Below the pieces are notes generated by a model that had not been told where the DNA came from, did not search any database, and was given only the letters and a program-made list of their open reading frames with translations. Made by a program: the position numbers and the translations under genes. A DNA stretch of 39,563 bases. Source: an uncultured Gammaproteobacteria bacterium (GTDB lineage Bacteria > Patescibacteriota > Microgenomatia > Woykebacterales > RBG-16-39-9b). The stretch lies in NCBI GenBank assembly GCA_964367355.1, contig CAYIWY010000002.1:137296-176858 (forward strand), read 5' to 3'. Shown one piece after another: positions 16,335 through 24,772 of this stretch (the stretch's first letter is position 1; each line of letters starts with the position of its first letter).

Positions 16335-17417
16335 TCAATTTTGCAGCCGATAACTTCCGTTTCCTAGACAACTGATTTTCCCTTTTAACTCCATTGTTAC
16401 TAGCAGTCCATTTAATTTGTTTGATGAAAATTTACTCTCACGTAGAAGCTGGTCAATATGTTTTGGTTCGTTAGCTAGTAATTTAATTATTTCTTCTTCG
16501 TCTTTATTATCCGGAATTATTTGCTTCACCTTTTGTGCTTTTTGCTTTTGTTCAATATTTAGTTCTTCCAGAATATCAGCAGCTGAAGTTACCAGTTTTG
16601 CGCCTTGTTTAATTAGCCCCGATGGGCCTTTGGAAAGTCTGGAATAAATTGGCCCAGGAACAGCAAAAACCTCGCGGTTTTGCTCAAGTGCCTGGCTTGC
16701 AGTAATCAATGAACCGGATTTTTCGTCAGCTTCGGTGACTAAAGTTCCTAAAGAAAGCCCTGAAATAATCCGGTTGCGGGCTGGAAAGTGACCTGGAATC
16801 GGCTCTGTTCCCGGTGGATATTCACTAACAAGAGCGCCATTTTTAATAATTTCTTTCGCTAACATCACGTTTTGCGCTGGATAAACGATGTCAACGCCAC
16901 AACCTAAAACTGCTATCGTTCGGCTACCATTGTCAACGGCAGTTTTATGCGCCAGTGAGTCGACCCCACGAGCTAAACCAGAAACGATGGTCAGACCGGA
17001 ATTTGCCAATTCACGAACCAGAGTTTCGGTCACTTCCCGACCGTAATTTGTTATTCTTCTAGTTCCTACTACTGCTAAAGCGAGATTGTCTTCTGGTTTT
17101 AACTCACCTTTAATATAAAGAACCGGTGGTGGGTCAAATATTTCTTTAAGTTTTTCCGGGTAAGTTTTATCTGTTAAAGTTACAACCTGAATATTTTTCC
17201 GATAAATTTCTGCAAGTAATTTTTCTGGATCAACACTTTGGCGAAATTTATTGAATTTTTCGAAAACTGAGGGGTCGAGAACTTGTTTAAGGAGTTTTTC
17301 AGGTGATTCCCAAACTTCGCGGGCGGATTTAAAATTTTCGGTTAAAACTTTAAACCGCTTTTGCCCAATGCTTGGAGCTTGGGAAAGTGCAACGTAATAT
17401 GGCAAGTCTTTGTTCAT
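16335..17417 (-). CDS. dprA: DNA-processing protein DprA
   Basis: DPPPVLY, AVVGTR, IVSGLARGVD, FPARNRIISGLS, SGSLITA, C-terminal winged helix. Confidence 0.97.
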   Translation of the reverse strand: MNKDLPYYVALSQAPSIGQKRFKVLTENFKSAREVWESPEKLLKQVLDPSVFEKFNKFRQSVDPEKLLAEIYRKNIQVVTLTDKTYPEKLKEIFDPPPVLYIKGELKPEDNLALAVVGTRRITNYGREVTETLVRELANSGLTIVSGLARGVDSLAHKTAVDNGSRTIAVLGCGVDIVYPAQNVMLAKEIIKNGALVSEYPPGTEPIPGHFPARNRIISGLSLGTLVTEADEKSGSLITASQALEQNREVFAVPGPIYSRLSKGPSGLIKQGAKLVTSAADILEELNIEQKQKAQKVKQIIPDNKDEEEIIKLLANEPKHIDQLLRESKFSSNKLNGLLVTMELKGKISCLGNGSYRLQN

Positions 17418-17425
17418 TTGGGAGA

Positions 17426-17449
17426 ATTATATCGTTAAGAAACTCATAA
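17426..17449 (-). promoter_or_regulatory. dprA promoter (TATAAT 8 nt before the ATG) carrying the shared 22-bp motif
   Basis: TTATGAGTTTCTTAACGATATAATtctcccaaATG. Confidence 0.7.
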
Positions 17450-17465
17450 TTTATGCAATTATAAC

Positions 17466-17495
17466 AAAAAAGAGGCTAGATAAATTTATCTAGCC
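17466..17495 (-). terminator. Terminator of the Zn-ribbon operon
   Basis: GGCTAGATAAATTTATCTAGCC followed by TCTTTTTT. Confidence 0.75.
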
Positions 17496-17504
17496 CCACA
17501 CTGT

Positions 17505-17726
17505 TCAGGCAATGACCGCTTCAAAGTTTACACCGACAATCGAACCTAAAGTAAAATGATTCGCAACTGTCACGAAGTCCTGACCGCAAACGCAGAAAAT
17601 TTTCTCAGAAACTGTTTTTCTATCCTTGACAACTGCATGTTGTTCTGATAATTCGTCAAGCTCTGCGACCTCAACCAATTGTCTTACCAAACGCTCAACT
17701 TTAGTGTTACAACCTGGGCAGATCAT
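17505..17726 (-). CDS. Zn-ribbon microprotein 4
   Basis: CPGC...CVCGQDF; SD AAGGAG; ATGA overlap with the upstream gene. Confidence 0.8.
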   Translation of the reverse strand: MICPGCNTKVERLVRQLVEVAELDELSEQHAVVKDRKTVSEKIFCVCGQDFVTVANHFTLGSIVGVNFEAVIA

Positions 17727-17947
17727 GTCCCTACTCCTTCGGTAACAAGAGAATGAAGTAAGTAAGCGTGTTGCACATCGCTCCTCAATTCAAACAGTTG
17801 CCCACAATCATGAGAAGCTCTTGCTCCTTCAAAACCAACCTTTAGCAAAGTTTTCACACTAGTGGGCTGCACAACCTGACCCTTCAAAAGTTCAATGGTC
17901 AGGCTCTGTAATGGTTTTCTACAACCTGGACAATTAGGCCACTCCAA
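17723..17947 (-). CDS. Zn-ribbon microprotein 3
   Basis: CPGC...HDCGQLF; SD AAGGAG. Confidence 0.8.
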   Translation of the reverse strand: MEWPNCPGCRKPLQSLTIELLKGQVVQPTSVKTLLKVGFEGARASHDCGQLFELRSDVQHAYLLHSLVTEGVGT

Positions 17948-17968
17948 TTGCGTTCTCCTTTCTTGAAA

Positions 17969-18217
17969 TCACCTTGTGGTATTTACTGGCGAAGAAACAC
18001 GAACTTTAGCTGTCTTCATTGGTCTGAGAATACCAACTGCAACAAGAACAAATTCCCAACCGCAATCGTGTTCGTACGTAGAGGAAACCTCACATTTCCC
18101 CTCCACTCCCAGAAATCCGTCTGGATACTGAGCAGGTAGTTGTGTGGTTTTGATCCTTCCACTTTGAGTGATCTGCAGGGATTTGACTTCCTTCCCACAA
18201 CTCGGACAGTTAACCAT
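17969..18217 (-). CDS. Zn-ribbon microprotein 2
   Basis: CPSC...HDCGWEF. Confidence 0.8.
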   Translation of the reverse strand: MVNCPSCGKEVKSLQITQSGRIKTTQLPAQYPDGFLGVEGKCEVSSTYEHDCGWEFVLVAVGILRPMKTAKVRVSSPVNTTR

Positions 18218-18226
18218 ACCTGATTC

Positions 18227-18466
18227 CTAACTCGGTGCTATTACAATAATTTTCGCCGCTTCAGGCCAACTGATGTAAAGATGGTTATCGAAGCCATGAA
18301 GAACCTCAAAACTTGTCCCACATTCGTGGGTTACAAGTTCTGGAGCCAAATCGTCAGGTATAAGTTCAACCCTACTTTTGCTGTCAGTGCTTACAGAAAT
18401 AGTGAAACTTGCTGGCTCCGCCGTAGTCAACCTAGATATTTGACTGTTGCAACCAGGACATTGCAT
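18227..18466 (-). CDS. Zn-ribbon microprotein 1
   Basis: CPGC...HECGTSF; SD GGAGGT; TTGACT promoter right after the guaA stop. Confidence 0.8.
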   Translation of the reverse strand: MQCPGCNSQISRLTTAEPASFTISVSTDSKSRVELIPDDLAPELVTHECGTSFEVLHGFDNHLYISWPEAAKIIVIAPS

Positions 18467-18521
18467 AACTCTACCTCCCTTTCTACCAACGGATATTACT
18501 ACTGGAAATTTTCAAAGTCAA

Positions 18522-20053
18522 TTATTCGTATTCAATTGTTGCTGGAGGTTTTTGAGTAATGTCGTAAACCACTCGGCTGACACCTTTAACTTCATTAACA
18601 ATTCGAGCGGAAATCTTTTCTAAAATATCTGGGTCAAATTTAACCAATCTGCTGTCATACCATCGAAACTGTTAACCGCTCGCAGCGAAATTATATAACC
18701 ATAATTGCGCCGATCTCCGATAACACCCACACTTTTGTTAGTCAAAAGAACAGCAAAAGCCTGCCAAATTTGATCGTAAATTTTGGCTTTGTGTAACTCT
18801 TCCAAATAAATTGCGTCGGCTTGTTTGAGAATTTTCAGCCGCTCGGCTGTAACATCACCAATTATTCTGATAGCAAGTCCTGGTCCAGGAAAAGGATGGC
18901 GCCAAAGCTTTTCTTCAGGCAAACCTAAATCTGTACCAATTTCCCGCACTTCATCTTTGTAGAATTCAGCTAAAGGTTCGATCAATTTGAATTTAATGTT
19001 TTTTGGAATAATTAGATTGTGGTGTGACTTTATCTTATCAGCTCCGCTCGAAGCTTTAGCTGATTCGATACGGTCTGGATAAATTGTCCCTTGTGCTAAA
19101 AATTTTACCTTTTCTTTCTTACCGATTTTCGTTTCTTCTTTTGTAAAAACTTCGATGAAGATCTTACCGATAATTTTTCTTTTCTTTTCTGGATCAGTGA
19201 TATTTTTTAATCGTTTTAGGAAAAGTTTACTTGCATCGATAACACGAAATTTACTAAATTTGAGTTTTTTAAAAAGGTCCTTAACTTCTTTAACTTCGTT
19301 TTTTCTAAGTAACCCGCTGTCAACAAAAACTGGGTATATCTGATTCTTTACTGCTTTGTGAATTAGAGTCGCCGCAACCAACGAATCAACTCCACCAGAA
19401 ACTGCAATTAAAACCTTCTTGTTCCCAATTGCTTGCTTAATTTCTAATACTAAATCGTTAATTTGATCGCGGGCATTCCAACTTCTTTCTACTCTGCAGA
19501 TTATTAAGAAGTTATCGAGTATTTGTAAGCCATTTTCTGTATGGGTAACTTCTGGGTGAAACTGAACTCCAAAAACCTGCCTGCCGACAGGCAGGTATTC
19601 ACTTTCAAAGGCTGCAATTGGGCAATTTTTAGTTTTTCCGATTGTTTTGAAACCTTTTGGTAATTTCGAAACCTGATCTCCATGAGAAAACCAAACTTTT
19701 TGGTTTTTATTTAAACCAGCAAAAAGTTTGCTAGCGCCGATACTTAAAATTTCCCGGCCAAATTCGCTCTGAGCACCTTTTTTCACTAAACCACCTAAAT
19801 TTTTGGCTAGGTAATGATGACCGTAGCAAATTCCTAAAATCGGAACTTTTAATTTTAAGTTTGAAAGTGGGGTTTTTGGGGAAAACTTATCATAAACCGA
19901 AGAAGGTCCACCGGAAAGAATAATTCCTTCTAAATTTTCAATTTTTGTTAAATTTGTTTCCGGAGAAAAGATTTCAGCGCGGACTTTCAACTGCCGAATA
20001 CGTCTGGCGATAAGATGAGTATATTGACCACCAAAGTCAATTATTGCAACCAT
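18522..20053 (-). CDS. guaA: GMP synthase with a 1-nt frameshift near 18644
   Basis: DFGGQY, GICYG, QFHPE, SGGVDS, IKSHHN, PFPGPG. The conserved tail [27 protein letters not shown] continues in another frame to 18522. Confidence 0.95.
19575..19596. repeat. In-frame palindromic mini-repeat in guaA (YLPVGRQV)
   Basis: ACCTGCCTG-CCGA-CAGGCAGGT; related to 30180-30199. Confidence 0.75.
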
Positions 20054-20090
20054 ATTTAATTTTAACTTAAGGTAAGGAATTGATCAAGCT

Positions 20091-20606
20091 TTAAGAATTC
20101 TTTAGAAAACCAAAAGGAACGTTGTGTTCTTTGAGATAAGCTCGGAGAATATCGACATCGTCCCCAAAAGTATCCAGCCAAAGAGAATCATCAGTGTATT
20201 TTGATTTAATAAAAAACTTGGTCGGCCTCACAAAAATCTTTCCAAATAATCCAGGAGATTGCAAATATTTCATATCATAACTAGTCATCAAGTCCCAAGC
20301 GATAAATTTCTGCTCTTCTTTTTTCCCAAAGTTGTGTTTATACACACCTCGTTCAGTTAGATATACCTCATAAGATTCGCTGATTGCTTTTAAACTTTTG
20401 AAAAATTCCGGCAGTGTCGAGATAACAAGCAAAAGTAAAATTATTGGAATTGCGAGTGGGACAATACTGGTACTTTTGTTAATTATAAAAATCCAAGTGA
20501 AACTAATTAAAAAAAGTGTTAAAACAAAAGAGAAAATAAGCGTCGCCGGCAAAATTGACTTGCTTCTAGCAATTGTCCAGCTTGAAAGAGTTGTTTCGTC
20601 CATCAC
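20091..20606 (-). CDS. Two-TM membrane protein with a soluble C-terminal domain
   Basis: 171 aa, overlaps the mrdA stop by 4 nt. Confidence 0.8.
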   Translation of the reverse strand: MMDETTLSSWTIARSKSILPATLIFSFVLTLFLISFTWIFIINKSTSIVPLAIPIILLLLVISTLPEFFKSLKAISESYEVYLTERGVYKHNFGKKEEQKFIAWDLMTSYDMKYLQSPGLFGKIFVRPTKFFIKSKYTDDSLWLDTFGDDVDILRAYLKEHNVPFGFLKNS

Positions 20607-22495
20607 AACTTAAAGTACCACTTAAAAATATTTTTCACAACTGGGGCGGAAACTTCGCTACCATGACCCGCTCGCTCTACCATAACCGTTACGGCCAATT
20701 TTGGTTGGTCGTACGGCGCATAACCAGTGTACCAGGAATGAGAATTGTTTTCTCCACCGCTCTCAGCACTTCCAGTTTTCCCGGCGGTTTTGATCGGAAA
20801 ACTTTGGAACAAGTAAGATACATTACCATCTCCGACCGTATTTTGATACATCCCTTCTTGAACAATTGCAATGTTTTCTGCCTTTCCTAGATTCTCACGA
20901 ACTATTTTTGATGATTTATTGTGGGTAAGCGTTGGTGTGATCAATTTACCGCCATTAGCAAAAACAGAAGTCACTTGATTTAATTGTAATGGACTCACCA
21001 AAAGATAGCCTTGTCCGATAGAATAGTTGATTGTTTCACCCGGAAACCAGATTTGATCAAAATTTTCCTCTTTCCACGCTCGAGTTGGGACAAGCCCAAG
21101 AGTTTCCCCAGTTAGTTCGATCCCAGTTTTTGCTCCTAGTCCAAAGTTTTTGGAAAACTCAGCGATTTTATCAACTCCCAGGCGATAGCCAAGATTGTAA
21201 AAGAAAGTATCATTTGAGCGAGCAATCGCACGGACCACACTGATTTCTCCTTCAATCTGACGATGATCTGTCCAGAGCCAATTGTTAAAGACAACATCCC
21301 CAAGTGTAAAAAACCCAGTATCATTAATTTTTGTATCTTTGTTAATCGTCCCTGTTTCCAAACCAGAGAGCGCCATTATCAGTTTAAAGGTTGATGCCGG
21401 TGGGTATGACGAGCCGATTGCCCGATTTAGTAAAAGATGACCTGGATCATTAATTAGATCACTGTACGCTCTGGCGGAAATTGCATTGGAAAAAATATTA
21501 GCATCAAAAGTTGGCACGCTAACCATTGCCAAAACTTCCCCGGAATTTGGGTCGGTAACTATTGCGGAACCTCCAGTACCACCTTTATCCTGCAAAACCT
21601 TTGTCAGATTTTCATAGACGAATTTTTGCAATTCGCTGTCAATACTTACAGTCACATCATTTCCAGCTACAGGTTTTGTTTCAAATAAAATGCCCTGCTG
21701 CTTACCTTGCGAATCAACTTTGATTAACTGATACCCATTGGCCCCGCGAAGAGTTGATTCAAAACTCTCCTCAACCCCTGACTTCCCCACCTGATCACCA
21801 GCTGAATAAGGCGTGGTGTCAGTACGTTTTAGATCTTCTTTTGAAGTTTCTCGGGTATAACCTAAAACCGTAGACAAAGCTTCCTTATAAACATATTCTC
21901 GTTTTGGATTTAGCTCAATATCAAGCCAGGGAAATTTATCCGAACTAGTTTTTAAAGTAATAATCTGCTCGTTAGTCAAGTCTTGCGCAATGGTGACTGA
22001 ATCAGTTTTGGATTTTTTGACCAAGTCGACCATTTCAGTTTTACTTTTTCCAATCAAAATTGAAAGTTCGTCGATTTTTTTCTCCCAATTTTTTGGTAAG
22101 TCAACTTTTCGAACTGCTAGGCGAAACCCTGGTTTGTTACGCACTAAAACTTTACCGTTTCGATCGTAGATTACCCCACGTGGAGCATGAGAGATTTTAA
22201 TTAAAACATGGTTGCCTTCAGAACGATTTAAAAAATTTGCTCCTTCAATAACCTGCAACTTAAAAGCTTGGGCGCCAAGTAGAATTATTAAAAAAGCAAA
22301 AACTATTTGTACAGGAACTAATCGCCAAGGTGAAATGCTGGCGGTTTTTTCACTCTGGATCTCACCTTCTTCCCAAGCAAGAGAATTTTTCATTTGCTCG
22401 TCTGAAGGCAATCTTAATTTAGATTCCATTCCAATAACTGAATCACCAAAGGAAAGACCAAAATCAATTTTTCTTTTTTTTATTGGTTTCTTCAT
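20603..22495 (-). CDS. mrdA: Penicillin-binding protein 2
   Basis: APRG.IYDRNG, STFK (SxxK), SND.FFY, KTGSAE; follows mreBCD. Confidence 0.95.
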   Translation of the reverse strand: MKKPIKKRKIDFGLSFGDSVIGMESKLRLPSDEQMKNSLAWEEGEIQSEKTASISPWRLVPVQIVFAFLIILLGAQAFKLQVIEGANFLNRSEGNHVLIKISHAPRGVIYDRNGKVLVRNKPGFRLAVRKVDLPKNWEKKIDELSILIGKSKTEMVDLVKKSKTDSVTIAQDLTNEQIITLKTSSDKFPWLDIELNPKREYVYKEALSTVLGYTRETSKEDLKRTDTTPYSAGDQVGKSGVEESFESTLRGANGYQLIKVDSQGKQQGILFETKPVAGNDVTVSIDSELQKFVYENLTKVLQDKGGTGGSAIVTDPNSGEVLAMVSVPTFDANIFSNAISARAYSDLINDPGHLLLNRAIGSSYPPASTFKLIMALSGLETGTINKDTKINDTGFFTLGDVVFNNWLWTDHRQIEGEISVVRAIARSNDTFFYNLGYRLGVDKIAEFSKNFGLGAKTGIELTGETLGLVPTRAWKEENFDQIWFPGETINYSIGQGYLLVSPLQLNQVTSVFANGGKLITPTLTHNKSSKIVRENLGKAENIAIVQEGMYQNTVGDGNVSYLFQSFPIKTAGKTGSAESGGENNSHSWYTGYAPYDQPKLAVTVMVERAGHGSEVSAPVVKNIFKWYFKL

Positions 22496-22830
22496 TGCAA
22501 AATTCTACTAGAGAGCAGTAACCCAATATTGGCTAATGGTAAAGATATTGCTACAATAACCACTTTCGTAATTCTGTTATCAGGAAATAACTTTCTGGCC
22601 AAAAAAATCACCAACATCGAGAGCGTAAAAGCTATCAAAACAACTCCAAAATTTATATTTCCAAATACAGAAACCAGGAAGGCAACCGCTACAATCCAAC
22701 TGACGAATCGAAAATCTGCAACAAATAAACTTTGGGCTACCAAAAAAGCAAATCCAAAATTTATGGGAAAAGTTGTCACCTGAAGTAGCGTTAATAAAAT
22801 TAACATTAACACTCTTGCTGTAATTTCCAT
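22492..22830 (-). CDS. mreD: Short MreD-like membrane protein
   Basis: Very hydrophobic, 112 aa, between mreC and mrdA. Called mainly on position. Confidence 0.55.
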   Translation of the reverse strand: MEITARVLMLILLTLLQVTTFPINFGFAFLVAQSLFVADFRFVSWIVAVAFLVSVFGNINFGVVLIAFTLSMLVIFLARKLFPDNRITKVVIVAISLPLANIGLLLSSRILQ

Positions 22831-22831
22831 A

Positions 22832-23635
22832 TTAAAACCTTATGACGTAAACCAGACTAACATCGTTTAGATTGATCGTTGAAACTACATCGGCACTTTG
22901 AAAGAAATCTTTTTCCACTTTATTTACTTTCTCAATTTTTCCAAGCACAAGCCCTTTTGGCCAACTATTTCTGCCTGAAGTTTTTATAAATTCACCTTTG
23001 ACAAGAACTTTTTCCTGGACAACATCTGTCAATTTAATACCCACTCCGAACTCTCCCTGGATGATTCCTTCAGCACCTGTATCGGTAATTGCCGGAATCT
23101 TGGTATCCGGATCGCTGAGAAGTTGGACACTAGAGAGTTGCGGGGAAACTTGAATCACCTGCCCAATTAGAATATTGCCGATAATGACAAGATCGCCATT
23201 TTTAATATTGTTTGCACTTCCTTGGTCAATTAGTAAAACATTTTTTACTCCGACAGCACCGTTACCGATCGGACGGGCAGTTGCGATAATTTTCAAATCC
23301 TTAGTTTGAGTTTTTAGTTGCGCTCGCAGGCTTTCGTTTTCCTTTTTCAACATTTTCAAACTATCATTCTCAGCCTTAAGTAAGGAATTTTGCAAACTAA
23401 GATCAGAATTTTCTTGTCGCAAACTACCGATTTGGGCAATGGTTTCAATAAAACTCCCTATGCCTCTGGTTGATTGGTAAAAGGAAGTTTGTACTGGAAC
23501 AGAAATCACCTGAAAAGCACCAATAAAGGGTTTCGCCAGGTCAGTTTTTGCCAAGAAAAATATTATTAGTCCTAAAATAATTAGAATAATAAACTGTCGA
23601 AAATCATTTATTTTTTCTATTTTTTTGCCGCGCAT
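22832..23635 (-). CDS. mreC: Rod shape-determining protein MreC
   Basis: TM helix, coiled coil (LRQEN..L), IDQG, TSG...PKGL..G. Confidence 0.92.
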   Translation of the reverse strand: MRGKKIEKINDFRQFIILIILGLIIFFLAKTDLAKPFIGAFQVISVPVQTSFYQSTRGIGSFIETIAQIGSLRQENSDLSLQNSLLKAENDSLKMLKKENESLRAQLKTQTKDLKIIATARPIGNGAVGVKNVLLIDQGSANNIKNGDLVIIGNILIGQVIQVSPQLSSVQLLSDPDTKIPAITDTGAEGIIQGEFGVGIKLTDVVQEKVLVKGEFIKTSGRNSWPKGLVLGKIEKVNKVEKDFFQSADVVSTINLNDVSLVYVIRF

Positions 23636-23636
23636 T

Positions 23637-24689
23637 TTAGTTTAATCCAGAGGTAATAACTATTTGGGATAGCAGATCCGGATCATCGAGCAGCTTGCCG
23701 GTTCCCTTGACGACAGTTGTCAGAGGATCATCATCGATAGTTACCGGAACTTTAGTTTCTTTTTCAACTAATTCTTTCAAACCAGGAAGAAGTGAACCCC
23801 CACCAGTAATAACAATTCCGTCCTGAAGTAAATCGCCAATCAATTCCGGAGGGGTTTCTTCGATTATTTCTTTGATAGCATCAACGATCTGGTTAAGTGT
23901 TCCGCCAATTGCCTCACGGATCTCTCCAGAACTTATCTGAATTGTACTCGGTAACCCGGTTGCGAGATCACGACCACGCAGCGTTAATCTAATCTCTGCT
24001 TTTGTTGGATAGGCCGAAGCTCCAGCAACCTTTACCTCCTCAGCGGAACGCTCACCTAGCAATAAATTGTAACGGCTTCTGGCGTAGTTAATGATGTCCT
24101 GATCCATCTCATCACCGGCAATACGGATCGACCGGCTAACCACTATCCCGCCGAGCGATATAACCGCTATCTCTGTCGTCCCTCCACCAATATCAACAAT
24201 CATACTTCCCTTTGGATCGTGAATCGGTAGACCGGCTCCAATTGCTGCTGCCATTGGTTCCTCTATCAAAAAAACTTCCCTAGCACCAGCTTTTATAACA
24301 GCATCACGCACTGCTCGGCGTTCAACTTCAGTTACTCCAGATGGGATCCCGACAATTACTTTTGGTCTTGGAATCTTAGGGAATCTGGATGGTGTTTCGT
24401 GAACTTTGGCGATAAAATGTTTGATTAAAGCTTCGGCGGCGTCAAGATCGTTAATAACTCCATCCCGCAACGGTCTGGTAGAAATAATGTTAATCGGGGT
24501 TTTACCCAACATTTTTTTGGCTTCTGTACCAATCGCCAATACTTTTTTTGATTTTTTGTGTTGCGTAACTATTGTGGGTTCACGAATTAAGATCCCCTTA
24601 CCGCGAACATAAACTAATGTATTTGCGGTTCCAAGATCAATACCAATATCATGTGAAAATAAACCTAAAATATTATCAATAAGAAGCAC
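23637..24689 (-). CDS. mreB: Rod shape-determining protein MreB
   Basis: IGIDLGTAN, TEVERRAV, EEPMAAAIGAG, DIGGGTT. Confidence 0.98.
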   Translation of the reverse strand: MLLIDNILGLFSHDIGIDLGTANTLVYVRGKGILIREPTIVTQHKKSKKVLAIGTEAKKMLGKTPINIISTRPLRDGVINDLDAAEALIKHFIAKVHETPSRFPKIPRPKVIVGIPSGVTEVERRAVRDAVIKAGAREVFLIEEPMAAAIGAGLPIHDPKGSMIVDIGGGTTEIAVISLGGIVVSRSIRIAGDEMDQDIINYARSRYNLLLGERSAEEVKVAGASAYPTKAEIRLTLRGRDLATGLPSTIQISSGEIREAIGGTLNQIVDAIKEIIEETPPELIGDLLQDGIVITGGGSLLPGLKELVEKETKVPVTIDDDPLTTVVKGTGKLLDDPDLLSQIVITSGLN

Positions 24690-24772
24690 AAAGAATTCCT
24701 CCTGCTGTCGGACTAGAGTTTAGCACACATTAGCTTAATAATTAACAATTCAAATGTGTTAATATTTTCTCA

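Noticed and set aside
6211-18466. Prophage
   Set aside because: The small orphan ORFs look phage-like but are scattered singly among core genes, with no integrase, terminase or structural genes.
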